NCBI GenBank assembly: GCA_032718475.1
Contig: JAUCBJ010007785.1
Coordinates: forward strand, 62,001 to 126,000
Direction: 5' to 3'
Length of the DNA stretch: 64,000 nt
Source of the DNA: Nemertoderma westbladi
Taxonomy: Eukaryota; Animalia; Xenacoelomorpha
Part shown: positions 1 to 12,100 of the stretch, one piece after another
Layout of the letters: each line of letters starts with the position of its first letter
Numbering within the stretch: the first letter of the stretch is position 1
The notes under the pieces: generated by a model
The model's input: only the letters and a program-made list of their open reading frames with translations
Database searches by the model: none
What the model was told of the DNA's origin: nothing
Made by a program: the position numbers and the translations under genes

Positions 1-3
1 AGA

Positions 4-780
4 ATGAAGACGGTCTTGGGCGAAGACAGACAGCAGGATCCGACGGCAATCCTCACGCCGTTCGGATGGACGCTTAGCGGCCCAGTTAAAACCAAGATTC
101 CATCCAGGGTGACGGAGACATCAGGGTGCATGTTACCAGGCACTGTAGACGCAGAGGACGAAGAGAAGAAACCGGAGATGGTAGATGAGCCAGACGGGGA
201 AGTAACAGTAGGAGAGTGGGCGGATGAGAATGGATTTGACGCGGAAGACTTAGAGGCAATGGGATGGAACAAGGGTCCCAGCAAGTATCGGTATGGGGAT
301 GGAGAGGAGCGGACGGCGAGATGTCCGGAAGACAACCCGGAGGAGCGGACAGAGGAGTGTCCAGAGGAGTACCCAGAGGAGCGGACGGAGGAGTGTCCGG
401 AGGAGTGTCCAGAGGAGTGTCTGGAAGAGACGCCGGTCCGGTTGAGAGGCATACCAACAAGGGGGAAGTCGAGTAAGAAGACAGGATGGAGAGGGGTAGG
501 ATTACTATTGTTTGTTCTGTTCTATCTATTCTTCCGATTTCCTTTCATTCTGCCGCCGGGAGACCAGATGAAGGGTGGCATTTTGATGCCAAGAGACGAG
601 GAAGTTAAGAAAGCGGCGGAGAGACCCGATTTTAGGGTGGCGGAAGAGGGAGAGCCAGTTCCTGATGAGTTGGAGTTGGCGAGGAAAGTGGGTCGAAAGA
701 TAAGAGGAGGTACAGGGGGGCAGCGGGACAGTGCCTCATGGAAGAATCGACGGAAGATCGAGGGGCAGCTTAGAGTTTAG
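4..780 (+). CDS. C-terminal part of a BEL/Pao-derived gag-protease-like ORF with acidic repeats and a hydrophobic segment (5' part outside window)
   Basis: AILTPFGWTLSGP resembles the T-x-(L/F)-G-W motif that follows the BEL/Pao aspartic protease (cf. HRTILGW in the element at 39169). It is followed by EERTEECPE-type repeats and GVGLLLFVLFYLFFRFPFIL, then a stop, PPT and LTR. Confidence 0.6.
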   Translation: MKTVLGEDRQQDPTAILTPFGWTLSGPVKTKIPSRVTETSGCMLPGTVDAEDEEKKPEMVDEPDGEVTVGEWADENGFDAEDLEAMGWNKGPSKYRYGDGEERTARCPEDNPEERTEECPEEYPEERTEECPEECPEECLEETPVRLRGIPTRGKSSKKTGWRGVGLLLFVLFYLFFRFPFILPPGDQMKGGILMPRDEEVKKAAERPDFRVAEEGEPVPDELELARKVGRKIRGGTGGQRDSASWKNRRKIEGQLRV

Positions 781-799
781 TCGTCCAATATTTTGGACT

Positions 800-813
800 G
801 AGGGGGGTGGGAA
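800..813 (+). other. Polypurine tract of the left retroelement
   Basis: GAGGGGGGTGGGAA immediately before TG at 814, preceded by a small hairpin GTCCAA-TATT-TTGGAC. Confidence 0.7.
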
Positions 814-1860
814 TGAGGGCGAGACGCCCTTCCCACGCACAAATAATTATTTAAATAAAATAATTAAATAATAAATAAGAAGAAAGTTAGAAAGTAATAG
901 TTAGTAGAAGATAGTAAGTAGAAAGTTAGAAGTATGAAAGTTAGTAGAAGATAGTAAGAAGTTAGTAGTCAGACAGTTAGTAGATAGTTAGATAGTAGGT
1001 AAGTAAGAAAGTTAGTGGAAGTTAGTTAGGGAGTGTGGTATATTGACATGCCACGAGTAGTAGTAGAGTGATTGTGGGCACCGGAAGCGCCACGTAGAAA
1101 GTAGTAGTAGAGGGGTTGTGGGCACCGAAAGCGCCACGTAGATGGAGGTAGTAGCAGAGTGGTTGTGGGCACTGTAAGCGCCATGTAGAAAGTAGTAAGC
1201 AGAGTAGACTTAGTAGAGTTAGGAGTTAGAGACTTAGAAGAGTTAGTAGAAGTTAGTTAGAGAACTAGTTAGGAGTTAGAGACTTGGTAGAGTTAGAGAG
1301 TTTTAGTTAGAGAACTAGTTACAGTTAGTAGACTTAGAAGAGTTAGTAGGAGTTAGTTAGAGAGCTAGTTAGAGTTAGTAGAATTAGAGAGTTAGATAGT
1401 AAGTAGTTAGCAAGTAAGTAGTAGGTAGATAGAATGATAGCACAGTGTAGATAGTATAAGAGATTCAGCGCCTTTAGGAATAGAGGAGTATGGAGAGGAG
1501 CTGCTGGCGAGAGAGAGTGCAGACGAGTGCGATTCGGGTGTGGGGAGAGAGTAAGAGCAGAGTAAGAGCAGAGTAAGAGCGGAGTTAGAGCGGAGTTAGA
1601 GTGGAGTTAGAGGAGAGTTAGAATGAGAGGTCAGAGTTCAGAGTGAGAGCTTTTAAAATTGTGTGAGAATCCACAATTGTCTCGACACGAGACGCCAGAT
1701 GTCTTGGTGTAACATAGGTTGCAGTTGCACCAAGAGAGGATAGTGACATCATACCCATAGGGAGCGGCCTGGAAAGCCGACTCCAAAAGTAAGAGAACTC
1801 CACCCCACACCCGATAGTAGATCGGGTTACCAGCGGAATTGAAGCGCGTTGAATTAATCA
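814..1860 (+). mobile_element. 3' LTR (~1.05 kb) of a BEL/Pao-like element
   Basis: Begins TGA after the PPT and ends TCA at a sharp composition change. C-poor AGTTAG/AGTAG repeats and three ~41-bp GTGGGCAC..AAGCGCCA repeats at ~1050-1190. The partner LTR is outside the window. Confidence 0.65.
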
Positions 1861-2403
1861 CTACTCTTCAATTTTGAAGGTCTCTGTATACACTAAATCA
1901 ATTTGTTGCAGTGATGTGTCTATTTTTGATGCCTTAAGATAATTAGAACTAACATTTTTGTGTATTTGTCTATAAATCATTAAGGCAGTAATGTTGACTT
2001 GTGCCGTACTTAACATTTCCTGTAATATCTCAAGAACTATTCGCTCTATGCTTATTTTGATGGTGTCTACCCCCACTAAATCGGTCATTGTGGTTCTAAT
2101 GAGCATAATAATAGTGCCGTAGGAGAACTAAAAGTTGTCCATCACCAAAATTGAGAATAATCATCACTTGCACCAAAGAGTAAGTTCTGGTCATGTGCCT
2201 GTGGCACTACTTCCCTTATTCCAAAAATTAAAATTTTGGTATCTAACTAAGTTTGGACCCATTTGATGATATTTGATGCATGCAGGAAGTTCTTTTTTGA
2301 GTCATTGATCTTTCATCAATGTGTTATATTGTTATAAATTTCATTATGGTGCATCGCGATGGCACAAAATTTCAACCCTCTTGGGATCCGTGAAAAAAAT
2401 TTC

Positions 2404-2463
2404 CAAAAAAAATTTCTTTAAATTTCGTCTATATCTAGACGAAATTTAAAGAAATTTTTTTTG
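2404..2463. repeat. 60-bp palindrome (perfect 28-bp arms, 4-nt centre)
   Basis: CAAAAAAAATTTCTTTAAATTTCGTCTA-TATC-TAGACGAAATTTAAAGAAATTTTTTTTG. Confidence 0.95.
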
Positions 2464-2798
2464 CCTTATTTTTTTACCATTTGGCAACTTTTGTGCACCG
2501 GTAGAACAATGAAATAAAAAAAAGTATAAAACGCACCGCCCTACTGTACATGTCTCTCCAGCACTAGGCCTACTGCAGTACTGGAACAGGCTGACAGGCA
2601 GACTGCTGGACTAGTAACAGGTACACTGGTACAGGCCTAACCGAACAGCTGATCGGGCAACTCTGATCAGGTAATTTATTTTGGAGGATATGGAAAACCG
2701 CCATTTAATTTAAATATGTAATTGACATCTTACAGTTGTATGATTAAATCCGGTACTTTCCCAAGTGTGTTATTTTTTTGTGTAGATTTTAATTACAG

Positions 2799-2870
2799 CT
2801 GTGTTCGCCTATGTTCCGCCTGTATTCTATTGTGTTCTGCTGTGTTCTACTGTGTTCTGCTGTGTTCTGT
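2799..2870 (+). repeat. Degenerate 10-bp tandem repeat (TGTGTTCTGC)
   Basis: About 7 imperfect units read directly. Confidence 0.75.
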
Positions 2871-3839
2871 AAAAAGAACTATCCACCTCCGTCAGATTTA
2901 TTTTTCGTCTTTGGAATGAGATCTAGATATCAGTAGATCCGCCTTCATCTGCAGATTCTGAATCTGAAACTCGTTGTCAATTTCACCAAGAACTTCCGGA
3001 TATATTATCAAAATACTATGGTGTAAATTTTTGTAACGTAAATCGCTATAATTCTAATGTTTTTTTTACTCAATCCTAGAAAAATAATTATGGGTAGTGA
3101 AAAAACAAGATGGAGAGTTTAAACCGCTCAGCTAAATAATAATTAATATTCTGTGTCACCATCAACAGTAGACACAAATGTTGTCGAACCATCGTATACT
3201 GATCTGATTGCTGCAATAATTTCATCAGGAATCCCATATAATGAAAGTATGCTGAACATTGTGTATATGATATATCAGTATGTACAATGGGCCCAGGCCC
3301 GATAACCCAAATATATAAATAAATACATAAATAGTCAGTATAAAATTTCAGTTGTAAATAAACATTGTAAAATTGAACATGAAAATCTTTACTTTACTTC
3401 CCATATAACTTTTCTCTTTTTTTTCAACTAAAAGTAAAGTTAACTAATATACAAGCTATTCAACAGTAAATAGATGTATTACCGGTACTGCATTACTGCA
3501 TACTAATTAATATATGGGATACAGCAAGGTACACATTACTGTATACAAGTGCACGTGGGGGCATCGAACACACGTAAGTCTTGATGAGCCTTCGTCTGGT
3601 AGCATTACAATTCTTGGACCTAGTCATCCGCCTCCTAACGGTCGATAGTTGAACTATAGAAGTCTGTCTGTGTGCCGAATTTCTGATTTTGATTTGATTA
3701 TAGACTCCTCCGTTTGATTCCATTTCATCAATGATTGACAGTCTTATTAGCGTTCAAACATTAACAACGTCAACGACTGCTTATTCCACCCCTACTCAAA
3801 GTTTCATCTGGAATTACGTGGCTCGCCCCACATAAATAC

Positions 3840-4545
3840 TTAACTACCGGTAACGTTAGTATTCAGTAACAGTACTATCTTACTATTTATCGCACCTATG
3901 AATTTGCGAAACAAGATAGTAAGCCTCGTCCGATATCGTTTGTAGCATAGGATATACAGATAGGGGTTTAAACCGGTAGAAAGATAGACCAGACCCCGAG
4001 TAAATTCGTAAATATTTCGCGAGACACATCTATCAAACGATGGCACATGTGAATCATTAAAAGTATCAGAAGCTACAATTATAACCGAAGTCTGATGATT
4101 ATGAAATAATGCACTGGCACAATTACTACCATTATTTATATTGATAGCCGATAAATTCTGAGTTGAATAAATTATTTTAGACAGTTGATTTAGATTAGGT
4201 ATTGTATCTTTGGGCAATCGAGTTGTAGCATTATAGCTATAAGCACAAACGAGTTCTAGAACATTAACAACGCTAAACGGTAGCCAACAAGCGCTGAAAA
4301 AGAATACTAATAGGAATAATATTCTTGCAGCTTTTCGATTTCGTCTCACGTTGCTAAGGATACGACGTTTTAGGGTTTCCATGTAAACTGAACGTTTGAA
4401 CACTCGGAAAAGGGCCCAATTCTGTGTTGGCGTACCGGTAGCAGCTATATTCAGCATACTTATTGATTTGCGTCGGTGTTGTTTTTCCGTGCTGGCATTC
4501 AAACTGTTACTGTATTTAGTAGACGGTGGCTGAAGTGTCACAACT
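3840..4545 (-). CDS. Last coding exon of a class A GPCR (end of ICL3, TM6, long ECL3, TM7, helix 8); histamine H3/H4- or muscarinic-like
   Basis: RRNRKAARILFLLVFFFSACWLPF (TM6 CWxP) and LSTGLNPYLYILCYKRYR (NPxxY, helix 8). Acceptor ttttactcctttag ends at 4546, phase 2. Confidence 0.9.
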
Positions 4546-4602
4546 CTAAAGGAGTAAAACCAAACAGATTGTAAAGAGGTTGTTATACGGTAACTGTACC
4601 GC

Positions 4603-5595
4603 TACGCGAGTCAATCTAGCCGAAAAAGGGGGTCAACCCATAACAAATTCGCAATTCATCCAAACCAATTTTTTTTTATTCTACATTACCTTGTTAATAC
4701 CCCCAAAAAAGTCTAGAAAAATATATTATACGGTTCACCTTCAAATTCCTGTTTCATTCCTTAGCAACATGGATTTTACATAGCAACAAGGGGTCTATTG
4801 GTGGGATTTTCTCCAAATTTGGTACAGACAAACTTTACTCTAATGACTATCGATTGACAGAAGTATGCACTTCTATATAGTTACCAATTTAGTTTCCAGA
4901 GCAACGGAAATTTGTTTAATAATTTAACCATTTTAAATACCAATCATGCTGGTACAATATAAGGACCACAATTTCTCTACTAAACGGGTGGATGTAACCT
5001 CGCCCATCGGATTTATCGACCTCAAAAACCCTTATCCCCAAAACATTTATTTGTTATATGATATACTATGGTGGTTTTCAAACTAAAACAAATAAATAAA
5101 TTACACCTAAAATCAATAGAGCAATCACAATTTAATTATGTGAAAAATCGTCACTAAACATTAATGGAAATTATGAAATTTCCTTGCAGTGGAATTGTAT
5201 AATTTTTTTACAACAGTTACCTTAATATAACGTGAAGTTTTTGATATATTTAAAAATGTTATGCGACTTCTAGATTCCGAGATAGGCCTAGCAATTAATG
5301 TGTAACACGCCAGTGTAAATATTACTAATTTCCCATTGAATCACAGCTTATTGTGAAATTAATTAAATTATTCTGGAACATCACCAATTTGCTACTTACT
5401 TTTCCCTACTGTTCATTTTGTTTGGCTTGTGTTATGCAAATTTACGCAGAATTTCCATGAATAAACATATGATCCGCAAAATAAAATTTTATAGACTTTT
5501 TTTTGGTCATTAATAAGGTAATACAGAACCAAAAATTTGTGGTTCGGATTGATTGAGAAATACTTACGGGTTTTTTTGCTAGATTGAATCGACTA
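4603..5595. mobile_element. MITE / foldback-type non-autonomous DNA transposon with ~120-bp imperfect TIRs
   Basis: Left TACGCGAGTCAATCTAGC...ATTACCTTGTTAAT...AAAAAAGTCTAGAAAA versus right (reverse complement) TAGTCGATTCAATCTAGC...ATTACCTTATTAAT...AAAAAAGTCTATAAAA; TA at both ends. Confidence 0.75.
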
Positions 5596-5699
5596 CACAG
5601 TATTAAAGTACCTATTACTACAACTTAATTAGCATTGTCAATCAGTACTACTTTACGCCATGTCCTGGAATATAGTGTCATTAATAACTAGTAAAATAA

Positions 5700-6195
5700 A
5701 GTGACATGGACCACCCCCCCCCCCCCCCCCCCCCCCCTGGGCGACAATACAATGCCTATAATAATAATAATAGTATTTAGATATGCATACGTAAACAAAC
5801 TGTTCTAGAACATTGTGTTTTTAAAATAGATTAAATGGCCTGCAGCGAAAGCCAATACATGCAAAATTCGAATGGTATAACTCAGCTATTTCCCAACCAA
5901 ATTCTAATATTTTTGCATATTTGGAATCCTTGCATGGCCAGCTTTACATTGCTACCAAAAATATCTATAAAGTTGAAGAATAACTGCAGTACAACTGGTG
6001 CAATATACACTCTTTTTTTAAATACTTGTAGCTAAAGAATGAAAGCAAAAATAAAAATTCTGGCTCACCCACTAACAAGGAGGGAGGTGAAACTACAGCT
6101 GTTTCATCGAATTTAATGCAATCTCATTACGATTTGTAGAAAAGTTCTTTTTTTTGGGGGGGGGGGGGGGGGGGTGGGGGGGGGTCCATGTCACT
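5700..6195. mobile_element. Putative MITE with AGTGACATGGACC plus poly(C)/poly(G) inverted ends
   Basis: AGTGACATGGACC-A-C(n) at 5700-5737 is mirrored by G(n)-TCCATGTCACT at 6156-6195. No clear TSD. Confidence 0.55.
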
Positions 6196-9100
6196 GAATT
6201 ACGATAATTGAATGTGATAATTGAACACTATGTTCCTAACACTATGTTTCGATGACACTATGTTCCAGGACATTGTGTGTGTATGTATGACACTATGTTC
6301 CAGGACATTGTGTGTGTATGTATGACACTATGTTCCAGGACATTGTGTGTGTATGTACGACACTATGTTCCAGGACATTGTGTGTGTATGTATGACACTA
6401 TGTTCCAGGACATTGTGTGTGTATGTATGACACTATGTTCCAGGACATTGTGTGTGTATGTACGACACTATGTTCCAGGACATTGTCTGTGTATGTATGA
6501 CACTATGTTCCAGGACATTGTGTATGTATGTATGACACTAAGTTCCAGGACATTGTGTGTGTATGTACGACACTATGTTCCAGGACATTGTGTGTGTATG
6601 TGCGACACTATGTTCCAGGACATTGTGTGTGTATGTACGACACTATGTTCCAGGACATTGTGTGTGTATGTATGACACTATATTCCAGGACATTCATTGT
6701 GTGTGTATGTACGACACAATGTTCCAGGACATTGTGTGTGTATGTACGACACTATGTTCCAGGACATTGTGTGTGTATGTGCGACACTATGTTCCAGGAC
6801 ATTGTGTGTGTATGTATGACACTATGTTCCAGGACATTGTGTGTGTATGTGCGACACTATGTTCCAGGACATTGTGTGTGTATGTATGACACTATGTTCC
6901 AGGACATTGTGTGTGTATGTATGACACTATGTTCCAGGACATTGTGTGTGTATGTACGACACTATGTTCCAGGACATTGTGTGTGTATGTATGACACTAT
7001 GTTCCAGGACATTGTGTATGTATGTATGACACTATGTTCCAGGACATTGTGTGTGTATGTACGACACTATGTTCCAGGACATTGTGTGTATATGTATGAC
7101 ACTATGTTCCAGGACATTGTGTGTGTATGTACGACACTATGTTCCAGGACATTGTGTGTGTATGTATGACACTATGTTCCAGGACATTGTGTGTGTATGT
7201 ACGACACTATGTTCCAGGACATTGTGTGTGTATGTATGACACTATGTTCCAGGACATTGTGTGTGTATGTATGACACTATGTTCCACAGGTTCATTGTGT
7301 GTGTATGTATGACACTATGTTCCACAGGACATTGTGTGTGTATGTATGACACTATGTTCCAGGACATTGTGTGTGTATGTACGACACTATGTTCCAGGAC
7401 ATTGTGTATGTATGTATGACACTATGTTCCACAGGTTCATTGTGTGTGTATGTATGACACTATGTTCCACAGGACATTGTGTGTGTATGTATGACACTAT
7501 GTTCCACAGGTTCATTGTGTGTGTATGTATGACACTATGTTCCACAGGACATTGTGTGTGTATGTATGACACTATGTTCCAGGACATTGTGTGTGTATGT
7601 ACGACACTATGTTCCAAGACATTGTGTGTGTATGTACGACACTATGTTCCAGGACATTGTGTGTGTATGTATGACACTATGTTCCAGGACATTGTGTGTG
7701 TATGTATGACACTATGTTCCAGGACATTGTGTGTGTATGTATGACACTATGTTCCAGGACATTGTGTGTGTATGTATGACACTATGTTCCACAGGACATT
7801 GTGTGTGTATGTACGACACTATGTTCCACAGGTTCATTGTGTGTGTATGTATGACACTATGTTCCAGGACATTGTGTGTGTATGTACGACACTATGTTCC
7901 AGGACATTGTGTGTGTATGTACGACACTATGTTCCAGGACATTGTGTGTGTATGTATGACACTATGTTCCAGGACATTGTGTGTGTATGTATGACACTAT
8001 GTTCCAGGACATTGTGTGTGTATGTATGACACTATGTTCCAGGACATTCATTGTGTGTGTATGTACGACACTATGTTCCAGGACATTGTGTGTGTATGTA
8101 TGACACTATGTTCCAGGACATTGTGTGTGTATGTATGACACTATGTTCCAGGACATTGTGTGTGTATGTATGACACTATGTTCCAGGACATTCATTGTGT
8201 GTGTATGTACGACACTATGTTCCAGGACATTGTGTGTGTATGTATGACACTATGTTCCAGGACATTGTGTGTGTATGTATGACACTATGTTCCAGGACAT
8301 TCATTGTGTGTGTATGTATGACACTATGTTCCAGGACATTGTGTGTGTATGTATGACACCATGTTCCAGGACTTCATTGTGTGTGTATGTACGACACTAT
8401 GTTCCAGGACATTGTGTGTGTATGTATGACACTATGTTCCAGGACATTGTGTGTGTATGTATGACACTATGTTCCAGGACATTGTGCGTGTATGTATGAC
8501 ACTATGTTCCAGGACATTGTGTGTGTATGTACGACACTATGTTCCAGGACATTGTGTGTGTATGTACGACACTATGTTCCAGGACATTGTGTGTGTATGT
8601 ATGACACTATGTTCCAGGACATTGTGTGTGTATGTACGACACTATGTTCCAGGACATTGTGTATGTATGTACGACACTATGTTCCAGGACATTGTGTGTG
8701 TATGTATGACACTATGTTCCAGGACATTGTGTGTGTATGTACGACACTATGTTCCAGGACATTGTGTGTGTATGTATGACACTATGTTCCACAGGTTCAT
8801 TGTGTGTGTATGTATGACACTATGTTCCACAGGACATTGTGTGTGTATGTATGACACTATGTTCCAGGACATTGTGTGTGTATGTATGACACTATGTTCC
8901 AGGACATTGTGTGTGTATGTATGACACTATGTTCCAGGACATTGTGTGTGTATGTATGACACTATGTTCCAGGACATTGTGTGTGTATGTATGACACTAT
9001 GTTCCAGGACATTGTGTGTGTATGTATGACACTATGTTCCAGGACATTGTGTGTGTATGTATGACACTATGTTCCAGGACATTGTGTGTGTATGTATGAC

Positions 9101-12100
9101 ACTATGTTCCAGGACATTGTGTGTGTATGTATGACACTATGTTCCACAGGACATTGTGTGTGTATGTATGACACTATGTTCCAGGACATTGTGTGTGTAT
9201 GTATGACACTATGTTCCAGGACATTGTGTGTGTATGTATGACACTATGTTCCAGGACATTGTGTGTGTATGTATGACACTATGTTCCAGGACATTGTGTG
9301 TGTATGTATGACACTATGTTCCAGGACATTGTGCATGTATGTACGACACTATGTTCCACAGGTTCATTGTGTGTGTATGTATGACACTATGTTCCACAGG
9401 ACATTGTGTGTGTATGTATGACACTATGTTCCAGGACATTGTGTGTGTATGTATGACACTATGTTCCAGGACATTGTGTGTGTATGTATGACACTATGTT
9501 CCAGGACATTGTGTGTGTATGTATGACACTATGTTCCAGGACATTGTGTGTGTATGTATGACACTATGTTCCAGGACATTGTGTGTGTATGTATGACACT
9601 ATGTTCCAGGACATTGTGTGTGTATGTATGACACTATGTTCCAGGACATTGTGTGTGTATGTATGACACTATGTTCCAGGACATTGTGTGTGTATGTATG
9701 ACACTATGTTCCACAGGACATTGTGTGTGTATGTACGACACTATGTTCCAGGACATTGTGTGTGTATGTACGACACTATGTTCCACAGGTTCATTGTGTG
9801 TGTATGTATGACACTATGTTCCACAGGACATTGTGTGTGTATGTATGACACTATGTTCCAGGACATTGTGTGTGTATGTATGACACTATGTTCCATGACA
9901 TTGTGTGTGTATGTATGACACTATGTTCCAGGACATTGTGTGTGTATGTATGACACTATGTTCCAGGACATTGTGTGTGTATGTATGACACTATGTTCCA
10001 GGACATTGTGTGTGTATGTATGACACTATGTTCCAGGACATTGTGTGTGTATGTATGACACTATGTTCCAGGACATTGTGTGTGTATGTATGACACTATG
10101 TTCCAGGACATTGTGTGTGTATGTATGACACTATGTTCCACAGGACATTGTGTGTGTATGTACGACACTATGTTCCACAGGACATTGTGTGTGTATGTAT
10201 GACACTATGTTCCACCGGTTCATTGTGTGTGTATGTATGACACTATGTTCCACAGGTTCATTGTGTGTGTATGTATGACACTATGTTCCACAGGACATTG
10301 TGTGTGTATGTATGACACTATGTTCCAGGACATTGTGTGTGTATGTACGACACTATGTTCCAGGACATTGTGTGTGTATGTATGACACTATGTTCCACAG
10401 GACATTGTGTGTGTATGTATGACACTATGTTCCAGGACATTGTGTGTGTATGTATGACACTATGTTCCACAGGTTCATTGTGTGTGTATGTATGACACTA
10501 TGTTCCACAGGTACATTGTGTGTGTATGTATGACACTATGTTCCACAGGACATTGTGTGTGTATGTATGACACTATGTTCCAGGACATTGTGTGTGTATG
10601 TATGACACTATGTTCCACAGGACATTGTGTGTGTATGTATGACACTATGTTCCACAGGACATTGTGTGTGTATGTATGACACTATGTTCCACCGGTTCAT
10701 TGTGTGTGTATGTATGACACTATGTTCCACAGGTTCATTGTGTGTGTATGTATGACACTATGTTCCACAGGACATTGTGTGTGTATGTATGACACTATGT
10801 TCCAGGACATTGTGTGTGTATGTATGACACTATGTTCCACAGGACATTGTGTGTGTATGTATGACACTATGTTCCAGGACATTGTGTGTGTATGTATGAC
10901 ACTATGTTCCACAGGTTCATTGTGTGTGTATGTATGACACTATGTTCCACAGGACATTGTGTGTGTATGTATGACACTATGTTCCAGGACATTGTGTGTG
11001 TATGTACGACACTATGTTCCAGGACATTGTGTGTGTATGTATGACACTATGTTCCAGTACATTGTGTGTGTATGTATGACACTATGTTCCAGGACATTGT
11101 GTGTGTATGTATGACACTATGTTCCAGGACATTGTGTGTGTATGTATGACACTATGTTCCACAGGACATTGTGTGTGTATGTATGACACTATGTTCCAGG
11201 ACATTGTGTGTGTATGTATGACACTATGTTCCAGGACATTGTGTGTGTATGTATGACACTATGTTCCACAGGACATTGTGTGTGTATGTACGACACTATG
11301 TTCCAGGACATTGTGTGTGTATGTACGACACTATGTTCCAGGACATTGTGTGTGTATGTATGACACTATGTTCCAGGACATTGTGTGTGTATGTATGACA
11401 CTATGTTCCAGGACATTGTGTGTGTATGTATGACACTATGTTCCAGGACATTGTGTGTGTATGTATGACACTATGTTCCAGGACATTGTGTGTGTATGTA
11501 TGACACTATGTTCCACAGGACATTGTGTGTGTATGTATGACACTATGTTCCAGGACATTGTGTGTGTATGTATGACACTATGTTCCAGGACATTGTGTGT
11601 GTATGTATGACACTATGTTCCAGGACATTGTGTGTGTATGTATGACACTATGTTCCAGGACATTGTGTGTGTATGTATGACACTATGTTCCAGGACATTG
11701 TGTGTGTATGTATGACACTATGTTCCAGGACATTGTGTGTGTATGTATGACACTATGTTCCAGGACATTGTGTGTGTATGTATGACACTATGTTCCAGGA
11801 CATTGTGTGTGTATGTATGACACTATGTTCCAGGACATTGTGTGTGTATGTATGACACTATGTTCCAGGACATTGTGTGTGTATGTATGACACTATGTTC
11901 CAGGACATTGTGTGTGTATGTACGACACTATGTTCCACAGGACATTGTGTGTGTATGTATGACACTATGTTCCAGGACATTGTGTGTGTATGTATGACAC
12001 TATGTTCCAGGACATTGTGTGTGTATGTATGACACTATGTTCCACAGGACATTGTGTGTGTATGTACGACACTATGTTCCAGGACATTGTGTGTGTATGT

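Noticed and set aside
880-1625. Telomere-like GAGTTA/AGTTAG repeats
   Set aside because: Irregular and enclosed within an LTR; not a telomeric array.
1861-3723. Short ORFs at 1861-2106, 2722-2919 and 3493-3723
   Set aside because: No recognisable motifs; within chance expectation or derived from simple repeats.
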